Source: a virus (taxonomy: Duplodnaviria > Caudoviricetes). From it: a stretch of 64,000 nucleotides of DNA. Below, one piece after another: positions 31,481 through 41,999 of the stretch. The notes beneath the pieces are model-generated. The model was not told where the DNA came from and did no database searches. It saw only the letters and a list, made by a program, of their open reading frames with translations. The translations under genes and the position numbers were made by a program. Location: positions 128,001 to 192,000 of IMG/VR virus record IMGVR_UViG_3300021514_000002; one strand, 5' to 3'. The stretch's first letter is position 1. Every line of letters starts with the position of its first letter.

Positions 31481-31987
31481 ATGGATATTATAACAAGAAA
31501 AGAAGCGAAGAAATTAGGATTAAAATACTATTTCACTGGAAAACCATGTAAGTATGGACATATTGCTATTAGGCTGACCACTAACTGGGATTGTTTGGAA
31601 TGTAATAAAAAATATAAAAAGAATTATTACTATAAAAATAAAGAAAGTATTATTTCTTATAATATTGCATATAATAAGAAATTGTGGGAGGAATGCCCAC
31701 AAATAAAAAGAAGTTATGATAAAAAATACCGCGAACAGAATCCAGAAAAGCGTATAAAGTATTTACGTAAGCAGAAGAGTGCAATACCCCAATGGCACGA
31801 AACTGATCTTGTAAAACAATTATATCTTAAACGTGACCAATTATCTAAACTGTGGAATATTTCTTTACATGTAGATCACGTAGTACCACTACAAGGCAAG
31901 AATGTTTGTGGTCTTCATTGTTGGGATAACCTACAGTTATTAGAAGCAAGCCTCAATATATCTAAACATAATAAATTTAAAGAATAA
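31481..31987 (+). CDS. HNH homing endonuclease, inserted antisense to its neighbours
   Basis: IITRKEAKKLGLKYYFTGKPC; HVDHVVPLQGKNVCGLHCWDNLQLL; paralog of 20430-21140. Confidence 0.85.
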   Translation: MDIITRKEAKKLGLKYYFTGKPCKYGHIAIRLTTNWDCLECNKKYKKNYYYKNKESIISYNIAYNKKLWEECPQIKRSYDKKYREQNPEKRIKYLRKQKSAIPQWHETDLVKQLYLKRDQLSKLWNISLHVDHVVPLQGKNVCGLHCWDNLQLLEASLNISKHNKFKE

Positions 31988-32016
31988 AAAACACCAGCCG
32001 AAAGAGGTGGCTGGTG
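31987..32016 (-). terminator. Intrinsic terminator
   Basis: CACCAGCC-loop-GGCTGGTG followed by TTTTT on the minus strand. Confidence 0.75.
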
Positions 32017-32160
32017 CTATGTGTGCCAATAATAGCACTAAAATTGTTCTGTTTGACAAAGCAGCCCCCAGCCAATACGCTCTTTGTCCGAAGAACCTTT
32101 ATAGTCCCCCTTAGCCACCTACAACCACATTCTACGTAACGTGGTCAAGCGTTCGGGCTT

Positions 32161-33634
32161 TTATCCCCAAAAACCGTCTTCCATTGGTTCCATGTTTTCA
32201 AAGCAACCATCCTGTGCGAAGTCCATTAACTCTTGCTGTTCTAGCAAGTGGTTATTATCTTCGTCAAAATCGTACTGTAAATCAAAATCTTCTGCGTAGT
32301 CGTCTTCCATTGTATTGTGCCTTTTAAGTCCGTTGACAGTGGAATAATTATACATGTTATTTAGGTTATGTCAAGAATTATTTTTAATAAACCTTAGTTG
32401 CAATTACCTTATCTGTGCCAGTATTAACAACAGACACAACTTTTTTAATCATGTCCTTGACATTATCAAAATCCAACATTAACTCAGGTAATGGTTCACG
32501 AACCTGCATATTTGTTAAACAATGTGCAATGCGCGTTATAGCTCCAGTCAATGAATAACTAATCATTTGATCATCGTTCGCTTTAACCATTAATGTAAAC
32601 AAGTTACCAAACGGATCTTTTAATGAAAGTTTTGCAAGTACAGTTGCCATAATGTGTTACCTTGTTTGTTGACGTTAGAGCTATTATTACATAACCCTAT
32701 ATCTTTGTCAATAACTATTTCAGGATTCTTTTCAGCCCTTCAACCACCAGCTGATATTGTTTAGCTAATGTCATGTCAAACAGTCGATCAACTGTTATAA
32801 AATAATCCGCATAATATCCAACTTCTGTTACGCCTAATGGTGCTAGTTCTTTTAAGATACATTCAATATCTTCATCGTTTTGCTCGCTTGTGCGATTTAT
32901 CACACAACCATCAGGCGTAGATATTACGAAACTTCTTATTTCATAACCATCGACTTCGTTCATAACTTTGTTACTGCTACAATTTTAGCATTCTGCGCGC
33001 GTAAATATTTCGCCTTTGCAAGTGCTGGGGTTTTACTTGCTCCATCTGGTATGGTGAAAGTATTTTCAACTTTTAAATATGGCGCGGTTGGTTTACCATC
33101 ACGAATGTCTCGCACAGTATACGCTTTTACCATTACACCATTTTCTTTATTGATTGTTCGATGAGCGGCATACAATGTAGCGGCATATGAATCACCAATA
33201 TTAAAAGTATCTTTTAAAATACTAATTGCATTCTCACGCTTGGTTGCTGTTTGACTATCAAGCACAGTGAATGCGCGTTGCCGTACCGAATTTGGATCTT
33301 TTTTACGTGCCATTTAAATTTCCTCTTGTTCGTCGTCTGCTTTACCATTGATAGTACAAGGACGAAACTTATACAATGGACAATTCTTTGAAGTACAATC
33401 TTCAACTTGTTTACGCCAACTACCACACCCCAATGCTTCGGGGTCATAGATACATTCACAACACATCGCATTGATGGCTGCAGCGCGCCCCTTTTTACTA
33501 CGGAGTTTATTCATTACTTTTTCTTTCTGATCTGTTTTCATATTTGTTACCTGATCTGTTTTAAGAAACTTATGTAAGACCAGTGACACGACATGAATAC
33601 CTAGTCGACTCCAGCTATGCTGGCTTGGTTTCAT
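32161..33634 (-). other. Small early hypothetical CDS (32161-32355 very acidic, 32384-32650, 32715-32963, 32960-33313, 33314-33634)
   Basis: Co-directional ORFs with promoters and RBS. Confidence 0.7.
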
Positions 33635-33720
33635 CCCGTAGCAAGGGCATTCCTAGTTACACTTGCCGCCTGTTTCCAGACTGTTGTTTTTCAACAACTA
33701 CCACTTAATCTTACATAAGC
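33568..33720 (-). ncRNA. Candidate structured RNA (multibranch, about 150 nt)
   Basis: ~18-bp closing stem (33568-33585/33702-33720), two GAAA-capped hairpins, promoter at 33737-33765. Confidence 0.5.
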
Positions 33721-33895
33721 TCCCTACGTTGAGAACATTATTACACAACCGTAGTTCTTTGTCAATAACTTTAAGCCCTTATAAGTGCTCTTATAGTTTA
33801 TTACCCTGCGCGTCAGGTCGCGTCTATAAGATCGGCGTGGCAATTTGACGCCGATGTTTTACTTTTAACATACATTGTATGTTCTTCTTATAAGC

Positions 33896-34069
33896 AGCCC
33901 CTAACAGGATTCGAACCTGTGAGAAGATAATACAATAACGATGTTTTGGGGACATCAAGACAATTACCCAAAATCCTTGTCTACACACTACACTTAGCGC
34001 AATTGTATGCAATGTATTATCTAAGTCGCTTCTTCAAGTGACTCCCTAAGCCGACAGGGGGCTAGGGGC
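33896..34069 (-). ncRNA. tRNA-like RNA with ~98-nt insertion at the variable arm
   Basis: Acceptor GCCCCTA/TAGGGGC, T-arm ACAGG-TTCGAAT-CCTGT, D-loop with GG, imperfect anticodon arm; no encoded CCA. Confidence 0.55.
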
Positions 34070-34199
34070 ATAGATTTATTCTGCCCACCTCACGACACTG
34101 GGTGGCGATGCCGTAACATTCCTACATGATTGCGTTCCTCTTTGTTTGTTGACAGTGGGGATATTATTACATACCCCTAGTTATTTGTCAATAACTATT

Positions 34200-34796
34200 T
34201 TAATACATTGTCCTGAAACACCACATAGTTATCCATGCCAACGCACCCGATAATAATATAATGTCGCGTGGTAGACGCAGGTTAATCTTTTCGGTAACAT
34301 GCACTGGATTAAGGAGTAACATAAAAACATATATCGCCATACTTAATACCCACCACCCAAAACATACGAATGTCATTACTTTTGGATCTAATAAAAAATC
34401 AAACATGTTATTCTCCAGTTAAGAACCCATAACGAATTTATATATTTTTACACCCCGTGGGGTCTTAGTCTTACGTGGTGCTACTGCTTCCAAGAAGATA
34501 TGATGATAATCACCGGTGACCTGAATCATTTCGTTAGCGACTACAGCAAGGTCTAACCAAGTAGGATTTTCTAATACTTTACTTTGGTATGTTTTACCTT
34601 CGCCCCAAAATTCATCGTGTTCTTGTATGACCATAACCTTACCACTAACTGCAACCTGTTTAAGATTGTTTAGTGGGTTGTCAGTTGTCTTAGAAGTTTT
34701 GTACGCTGAATAAGACACGTACATCTTCTCGCCTTCTGGTAAAGCCGCATGAATAGCATCACTCATTTCATCTAGTTTTTGACCATATTCTGACAT
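34200..34796 (-). other. Two hypothetical CDS (34200-34406 membrane protein; 34419-34796)
   Basis: Downstream of a promoter at about 34830-34858. Confidence 0.7.
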
Positions 34797-34861
34797 AACT
34801 TAATTCCTTTGTTTGTTGACTGTGGGGACATTGTTACATGCCCCCGTTTGTTTGTCAATAA

Positions 34862-35458
34862 TTATTTTGAACATATCCAAACAGGTGCTGACTTAGTACC
34901 ACCTAGAACTTGAACAGTGTTAAACTGTTCTAATAGTAATTGCACCATTTCAGAAACTGTGATATCAGCCTTGCGTGGCGACTGTGGAAAATTCGCGTAG
35001 AACCTACCATCGTCTTTTACTACTTCCGCAACCTGTTTAATAGTTTCACGCGCCATGTCGAACCCTGATTGAACATTCAACACGTTTGACGCATATACAA
35101 TATCGTATTTCTGCATCAATGCTAATTCGTTGTGAACCCGTGGATCAATGTTGTCACCGAATTCGTATGCTGTTACCATCCAACCATCAGCCAACATTGC
35201 CTGTGCATGTGCTGCAGATTTACCTGCGCCAAAATCCAACACTGTTGCGTCTTCTTTATCGTAAAACAATTCTAAATATTCACGTACAAAGCGTGGCGTA
35301 ATAGCGTTCTTGCCTACTGCACCACTATTACGTGATGTCTTGTTTGCTACTTCAATATCTGTTTGTTTGAACATACTAAATTGCCTTTGCTTGTTGACAG
35401 TGAAGCTATTATGGCACAAGGCATTGCCCTTGTCAACAAATGTTTTAATCTGCTTCAC
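34862..35458 (-). CDS. Class I SAM-dependent methyltransferase
   Basis: VLDFGAGK motif I; YDIVYASNVLNV; true start probably MFKQ. Confidence 0.75.
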   Translation of the reverse strand: MKQIKTFVDKGNALCHNSFTVNKQRQFSMFKQTDIEVANKTSRNSGAVGKNAITPRFVREYLELFYDKEDATVLDFGAGKSAAHAQAMLADGWMVTAYEFGDNIDPRVHNELALMQKYDIVYASNVLNVQSGFDMARETIKQVAEVVKDDGRFYANFPQSPRKADITVSEMVQLLLEQFNTVQVLGGTKSAPVWICSK

Positions 35459-37439
35459 TTGACTATGTAATAATGTCTTGTTATAATCTTTATAACGTCA
35501 ACAAACAGGAAGAACATTATGAAAAAAGTCAAATCAACATCAGAGATTATGCGCGCTATCTGGAAAAAACGTATGGAAGGTGGTGAAGATATATTGCGCA
35601 TCGAGATAGGTCGTTACAAGCAACACCCTCAAACCGTAATGAAGTTTATTCGTGACAACGACCTTACTGTAATTAAAAATGATGGTATTTGGGTGGTATC
35701 TAAAAAGTAATTATTGACAGTTGCGTAGGGATGCGCTATAATTCTTTCAACGTCAACAAACAGGAAGAACAATATGCGTAAGACGATTAATATAAAATGG
35801 TTAATCGAACATGTCAACAACTTTAATGCTACCAGTGCTGATCAATATAAGACAGAGCGCGAAGGCAAGAACATGATGCTTGAAATGATCTTACATGAAG
35901 CGGGGGCATATAGTGGGTTTGGTTATTTAGAAGCCCGTGACCTTCGCAAAGATGCCATGTCGGTTGGGGTACGTGAACAAAAGGACGATGGTTCATGGAA
36001 TTTTGATGATACAGATCATACACGCGTTTATTATTACATTAACAGGAGACTATACTAATGGCAGACTTAGCCTTTAAAGAAAAGATTACCAAACGAAAAT
36101 TTGATGCAAAGATGGTTGAAGATTTTGGTTACGATAATATCTATTCATCACCCTATTCTGAAAATGGTGCAGATGGAGATGGATACCACATCGTTAAGAA
36201 AATGACATTGTACTATACTAATGAACATACACATATCGGCACATGGATGAAAGGTGAAGGCTGGATATTTGAAAAAGCATACCAAAAATAGTTATTGACA
36301 ATAGTGCAGGGATGCACTATAATGGTTTCAACGTCAACAAACACAGGCAATAAAAATGTACACCTTTGAAACACATAATACTGACGAAAATATTGATCCG
36401 ACTAATACTTATCTATGTGGGAACTTAGATTGTCCACGCCATGTATTGGTAGAATTATTTGGTGAACCATTTGGCCCAAGTGATAAGGTTATCAATGAAT
36501 GGGACTTAGAAGTTACTGATGAAGTTGGTAAAACTGTTATCATTACCATATATGATTGGAAAAATTATCATCTAACATCTTTGCCCGACGATTACTATAA
36601 TTGGAATATTGGTGGCAAAGGGTATGATGCTGTTACCTTTATTCATGAATTAATTGCGCAACTGAGGACAAAATAACATGGGATATACCACTGACTTCGA
36701 GGGTGTTATTAATATTGATCCACCCTTAAACGAAAAAGAAATTAAATACATTAACAAGTTTAGTGACACGCGGCGCATGAATCGTCGTAACGGTCCATAT
36801 TATGTGGGTGGTACTGGCATTGCTGGACAAGGAGATGATGCAGATATTATCAACTCTAATAGCCCAGACCCAAGCCAACCGGGACTTTGGTGCCAATGGA
36901 TGGTTAATGAAGAAGGTACTGAAATTGAATGGGACGGTGGTGAAAAGTTTTACTATGCTGGTGAGTGGATGAAATATATCATCGATCACTTCATTGGTAA
37001 AGACCCTATTGCCAAACGCAACAACGAACACTTTGATTTTCTTGAAGGTCACAATACCAATGGTGAAATCTATGCTAATGGTGAAGAGTCTGGCGACAAC
37101 TGGAAGATTGAAGTAAAAGATGGTGTTGTAGTTATTAAAGAAGGTACTATCTCTTACGATTGATGTGATGATCATGTGATGCTTGACAACGGAACATATG
37201 ATATGATACTATTAACATTAACAGAAGGGGATGGTATAACAACCCATTTATCTATAGGGGTAGATCCTATAGCAGTGAAGATGGGTGACTTCTTTGAAAA
37301 TGTAATTGGTTTAGAAGTTGAATATGATAAAATTGATAGTGTATATCTACCCACTGTACGCAATCAAGAAGAATCACAACGCGCCGAGTATCTTATAAGA
37401 GAGTGGCGCAAATACGACAGCCACTTGATGGTTGTTAAA

Positions 37440-37600
37440 TAGAATTCTTGCTGTTGTTTGTTGACGCTGCTCTAGCAAGAGCTGGTTGTTAGTATTGAGT
37501 TGTCACACATGGGCAACTATGCCAACGTAATAAGCCCGTATTCCTACATTTGGCATACGGGCTTTCCTATGGCCCATAGAAAATTCACGATACGAACCCC
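37440..37600 (-). ncRNA. Candidate structured RNA with possible pseudoknot
   Basis: 10-bp stem AAGCCCGTAT/ATACGGGCTT, loop GCCAA complementary to downstream TTGGC; promoter 37602-37630; no credible ORF. Confidence 0.4.
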
Positions 37601-37642
37601 CACAATAACAAAGATAATTTTTAAAGTCAATAACTATTTGCC

Positions 37643-37722
37643 TGTGGATAACCTGTGGATAACTTATCGACCACCCAGGGGTGGCGTGGTATTATTATAG
37701 CATACCGCTGACCAATAGTCAA
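37643..37722 (-). promoter_or_regulatory. Promoter plus conserved element with two DnaA boxes (copy 2)
   Basis: TTGACT-17-TATAAT; TTATCCACA at 37654-37662 and 37643-37651. Confidence 0.75.
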
Positions 37723-38077
37723 GAACTTTTTAACATTATTTTTAATTGTTTTTATTGACAAGCGCATAGGCTTATGTAATAATTACCATAGTCAACTAAC
37801 AACAGGTAAGTAACATGATACATAAAAACATTCTATCTATGACCTTAAACGAGCTTAGGAATCTACACCATAATATAAGCAATACACCAAGCGCACATGG
37901 GCATGAATTATCAAAGAAACCGTTCATTGAATGGTTAGATATTGTCATGAATTGGAAAGGTAAAACTATACTTTTCGATACTACCCTTATTGATTTAACT
38001 GGCCTTAAATAATTCTTGACATTAGCCCAGTGATAGGCTAATATTACTACAATCAATTAACAACAGGAAAACATATT

Positions 38078-38716
38078 ATGTGGAAGTATATAAAAGAAAT
38101 CAACTGGGCGGTGCTTAGTAAAACCAATCGTGGTTATAAAGCTGGTAAAAAGTATATGTTGGAAAACTTTACAGCTAAACGTGGCAACGAAATCAATGAA
38201 TTTGTAAGTGAACGCTTTAGTGAACTATACAAACGTATTAATGAATACGAACGTGCCAACGATACGCATTGTGGTGCTTACGGCGGCGATGATTCATTTG
38301 GTGATATGATACACCATGTTATCGGATTAGGTGAAGACAAGTTCAATGAAATCATGGAAGATCCAAGCAAATTAAACGGCATGGAATTTGTAGAATCATT
38401 TAGCTATTGTATGCCGTATGAAGAAGACTACAAAATGCTTAAAGAAGATTATCACGTTGACCGTGCCAAAACAGCCGTGGTTGACTTAGCGCGCATTGTA
38501 ACAGAAAACGCGCCAAGCGGTCAAGACGTAATGGTCATTAAAGAACTAATGAATCGTTTCTTATTAATGATAGCTGGTGATATACATAGCGCACTGGAAG
38601 ATTATAATTATGACAATGATTATAGTCGCCATTATCAATTTGAAGCTAATGATTGCCATGCGTCCTTTGCTAACTATATAAATGATTGTTACGAATATAA
38701 AGATATTCTTTCTTGA
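38078..38716 (+). CDS. DUF4240-like protein
   Basis: MWKYI..INW, GGDDSFGDMIHHVIGLGEDKF..IMEDP. Confidence 0.55.
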   Translation: MWKYIKEINWAVLSKTNRGYKAGKKYMLENFTAKRGNEINEFVSERFSELYKRINEYERANDTHCGAYGGDDSFGDMIHHVIGLGEDKFNEIMEDPSKLNGMEFVESFSYCMPYEEDYKMLKEDYHVDRAKTAVVDLARIVTENAPSGQDVMVIKELMNRFLLMIAGDIHSALEDYNYDNDYSRHYQFEANDCHASFANYINDCYEYKDILS

Positions 38717-39168
38717 CAAACAATTGGGGCTATGTAATAATAGCCCTAACGTCAACAAACAACAGGTAAAATATTATGTCATACGATCAAGATCCAAAAT
38801 ACGCACAAAAACCATGGACGATGTTTATAATGGATGGTTACGGTACTGATTTTATAGTCGCTAATCCATTACATGTGCCACGCAAAGGCGAAGCAATTAT
38901 GGACTTTAACTATAATCCCGCGCCGTTAGTTCAGACTGTGGTGTATGATTACAAAGGCAAACAAATCTTTGTAAAGTGTGAATAAGAGTAATACGTTGTT
39001 GACTACGGCACATGGACGTGCTACTATTAATTACAGTCAACGAATAACAGGTAAAATATTATGACAAGAACAGCGATATTAATAATGGAAGTTGAAATGC
39101 GAATTGAGCAGGCAACACGGCGCAATGTACCCGAAGGGGAATTACAGGAATTGCGGCGCGAACTGTAT

Positions 39169-39381
39169 TCACTTGAAGAACAACTTGAAGATGAACAAGA
39201 TGAAAACTCCTAAACCAACTATATGGGGTATATTATAATTCTTACTTTTTTCAGCAACACATTTAGTACAATCCCTAGAACTAACATATCTATCATCCAC
39301 ATGACCATATTTACACGGGTTTCCAGTGTAGTATTTTTTTAGTCCCTTTACAAGTGCTTCTTTTCTTGATATAATATTCAT
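39169..39381 (-). pseudogene. Truncated HNH endonuclease remnant (N-terminal domain only)
   Basis: IISRKEALVKGLKKYYTGNPCKYGH..DCTKC matches paralogs, then no HNH domain. Confidence 0.6.
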
Positions 39382-39395
39382 TGTAGTATTTATCC

Positions 39396-39440
39396 GATGT
39401 GATGATCATGTGACGATGTGATGATCATGTGACGATGTGA
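39396..39440 (+). repeat. 19-nt tandem repeat GATGTGATGATCATGTGAC x2 plus partial
   Basis: Exact duplication. Confidence 0.9.
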
Positions 39441-39778
39441 AATCAGGAATAAACATGATAGATAATTTAATAATTGGTGAACCTATTGAAGGATTAACAT
39501 TACATGACTTGGGAATAGGGACAGAGGAAACAACATTAACCATAGGGGTGAATGAAGCCATTGAAATGGAATTATTTCTACCACGAATCCTTGTACATGT
39601 TGGTATATTTAATACTACCTCTGAAATCAAGCGCATTAACAAAGACAGACAAAACAGTACGAAGATTAAAGACGAAAATTCACGTAATTTGTGGCGCAAA
39701 CTCAACAAGCCAGAATTCACTTATATAAAATGCGGCAAAAAAACATTCTGGTTATTAGTCGGCGATATAACACAATAA
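39437..39778 (+). CDS. Hypothetical protein
   Basis: AGGA RBS before MIDNL. Confidence 0.65.
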   Translation: MKSGINMIDNLIIGEPIEGLTLHDLGIGTEETTLTIGVNEAIEMELFLPRILVHVGIFNTTSEIKRINKDRQNSTKIKDENSRNLWRKLNKPEFTYIKCGKKTFWLLVGDITQ

Positions 39779-39849
39779 GCGAATATTAGTACATCCTAAT
39801 AAGCGAATATTCAAACGTACTAATACGCTCCCACTTTTTACAGGCAAGA

Positions 39850-39879
39850 GAAAAGCCCTGAATTATATCAGGGCTTTTC
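39850..39879. terminator. Bidirectional terminator between convergent genes
   Basis: GAAAAGCCCTGA-ATTATA-TCAGGGCTTTTC. Confidence 0.85.
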
Positions 39880-39881
39880 GT

Positions 39882-40142
39882 TTAATTCAAGTCAGCTAAT
39901 ACGTACTCGCCAGCTTGGATCTTTTTGCGGGTTATCGCGATGCCTTCACCTAAGAACTTGTTACGATACTTTCCTGTAGTTACTGAATAATCCCACTTAT
40001 TCTCGTCGAGGGTGATTTTGCCGCCTTCGTTAATAGCGATAATAGACTGATAGCTCTGGAATGTTTCTTTATTCCCATCAGTAATAATAAACTGATTAGC
40101 AATATCATTGCCTTGCGCGCTTTGCATGTTTTGTACTTTCAT
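39882..40142 (-). CDS. Conserved phage hypothetical protein (86 aa)
   Basis: NQFII..FQSYQSIIA..WDYSVTTGKYRNKFL. Confidence 0.75.
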   Translation of the reverse strand: MKVQNMQSAQGNDIANQFIITDGNKETFQSYQSIIAINEGGKITLDENKWDYSVTTGKYRNKFLGEGIAITRKKIQAGEYVLADLN

Positions 40143-40213
40143 AATATTTCCTTTCGTTTGTTGACTGGGGATATAGTACCAACATGGCGTGCAGTTGTCA
40201 ACAATTATTTGCC

Positions 40214-40282
40214 TGTGGATAACTTATCGACCGCCCAGGGGTGGCGTGGTATAATTATAGCACATGGTCAAGCCCTTGTCAA
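40214..40282 (-). promoter_or_regulatory. Promoter plus conserved element with one DnaA box (copy 3)
   Basis: TTGACA-17-TATAAT; TTATCCACA at 40214-40222. Confidence 0.75.
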
Positions 40283-40361
40283 GAACTTTTTAACACATTT
40301 AATTGTTGACAACCGTTGACCATTGCCCTATAATTACCACAGTCAACGAATAGGTGCAATC

Positions 40362-41996
40362 ATGGCAAACCGTAAATTATATAAATTAGAGCTGTCTGGC
40401 GATGCTATAATCGTGTACAGGACTGATAATAACTATGGACGGCAAGGGGTTATATTTAAGGATGGTACTATTCGTAAAGAATACACACCATACGCCCTAC
40501 CTCAATACATTCAAAGGGAAGCATTTAATATTCTGAACGCTGACAGTTTCGAATTGAGGCGCGGGTACACATACGGCGGGTATCGTTGCAGATTGATACT
40601 TAATCATATCATGTTAGTTCTTGACAATTTGATCTAAGTAGGCTATTATTACCCCAGTCAACAAACAAAGGCACGACCATGAAACGCTTTGAAAAGATTA
40701 AAAAGTCAAGATACCGCAAAAAGTTAAACGAGTCTAATGACTGTGTGGTCATTGCTATCGCTATCGCTGCGCGCATGACATACGAAAAGGCACATGGTAT
40801 ATGTGAATTCCAAGGCCGCAAAAAAGGCAAAGGCATACACACTGAGCACGTCTTAAAGCATCTTAAAGTTATTGGTTTTAAAATTGAAAAGGTTAAAAAC
40901 CTTCGTCAAAAAAATGGATCACGTTATACACCTAAAACGATAGGCGATAGATTAAAACGTGGATATTATATAATACGCAAAAACCGTCATGCTATTGCGG
41001 TAGTCAATGGCGTAGTCGAAGACTGGACGAGTGGCAGACAACACCACATTAAAGACGCCTTTAAAATAACACGTATTAGATCTTGACAATCGCGCAGGCT
41101 TGCGCTACTATTAACATAGTCAATAAACAAAAGGAATAATAATTATGCTTTATATTCAACGTAAAGATAATAACACTCTTGAAACAGTGGACGAATTTGA
41201 AACCCGTAAAGAAGCGCGAGAAATGCTAACCGAATATCAAATGTCTGATGCAACTGCCTCTTTTTACATGTCGACACGTGCCTGTAAAGGTTGGAAATAA
41301 ACTAGTTAAGTTATTGACAAGGGCAACGGATTGCCCTATAATTACCACAGTCAACAAACAAAAGGAATAACCATCATGTCTAATTCTAATAACATGCAAC
41401 CGTTTAACTTTAATAAACAACAATCTTGGAACGTCCTTATCGGTGACAACGTAATCGACACCGTTTTCTATGATAAAAATCTCGATGCTGATTATGTACG
41501 AGATGGCCTTGTGAACCATGACGGATACCCCGCAGAGATTGAAGTATTAAAAGGGTAAAATAATAATTGACAATAGCGCAGGGATGCGCTATTATTACCA
41601 CAGTCAACGAACAAAAGGAATACAGCTTATGAATATTTCACAATACGACGATTCAGAATTATCTAATATGGTCGATAACGATGAATACTTATACAATATT
41701 GCACTGTTTGCAGATGATTTTGAAGAACTAAAAACTGCAGTAATTGAATGCTTTGTTTTTAACGCCGATCAAATGGCAGAACTTGAACGTGATTTCAATG
41801 AAGGCCGGTGGTCTTAATACTTGACAAGGGCGCAAGGATGCGCTACTATTACCACAGTCAACGAACAAAAGGAATAAACACCATGCACTTATTTCATTCC
41901 ACTAAAACCGATACCGTTTTTAACTTTTTGTTTTTAATTACCGCTATCGTGATCCCTGTATTCATCTTCATTGGTTCAAACATTCCCGCTATTTAA
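40362..41996 (+). other. Single-gene promoter cassettes (40362-40637, 40679-41086, 41145-41300, 41376-41558, 41629-41817, 41883-41996)
   Basis: Starts corrected to RBS-linked ATGs; 40679-41086 has NDC..HA motifs (possible Cys-His peptidase-like fold). Confidence 0.65.
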
Positions 41997-41999
41997 TAC

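Larger units (their letters stand above)
35519..39210 (+). other. Plus-strand early cassettes (35519-35710, 35774-36058, 36058-36291, 36356-36676, 36678-37163, 37176-37442, 37815-38012, 38776-38985, 39061-39210)
   Basis: Most are preceded by TTGACA-17-TATAAT-type promoters with a GTCAAC(A)AAC leader and AGG RBS. Confidence 0.7.

Noticed and set aside
33896-34069. Canonical tRNA-Phe or tmRNA
   Set aside because: 8-nt anticodon loop, mismatched stems, ~98-nt insertion, no CCA, no G3-U70 and no convincing tag ORF; kept as a tRNA-like ncRNA instead
40323-41883. Family of ORFs beginning MPYNYHSQ/MRYYYHSQR
   Set aside because: The shared N-termini are translations of the repeated promoter; real starts are the downstream RBS-linked ATGs
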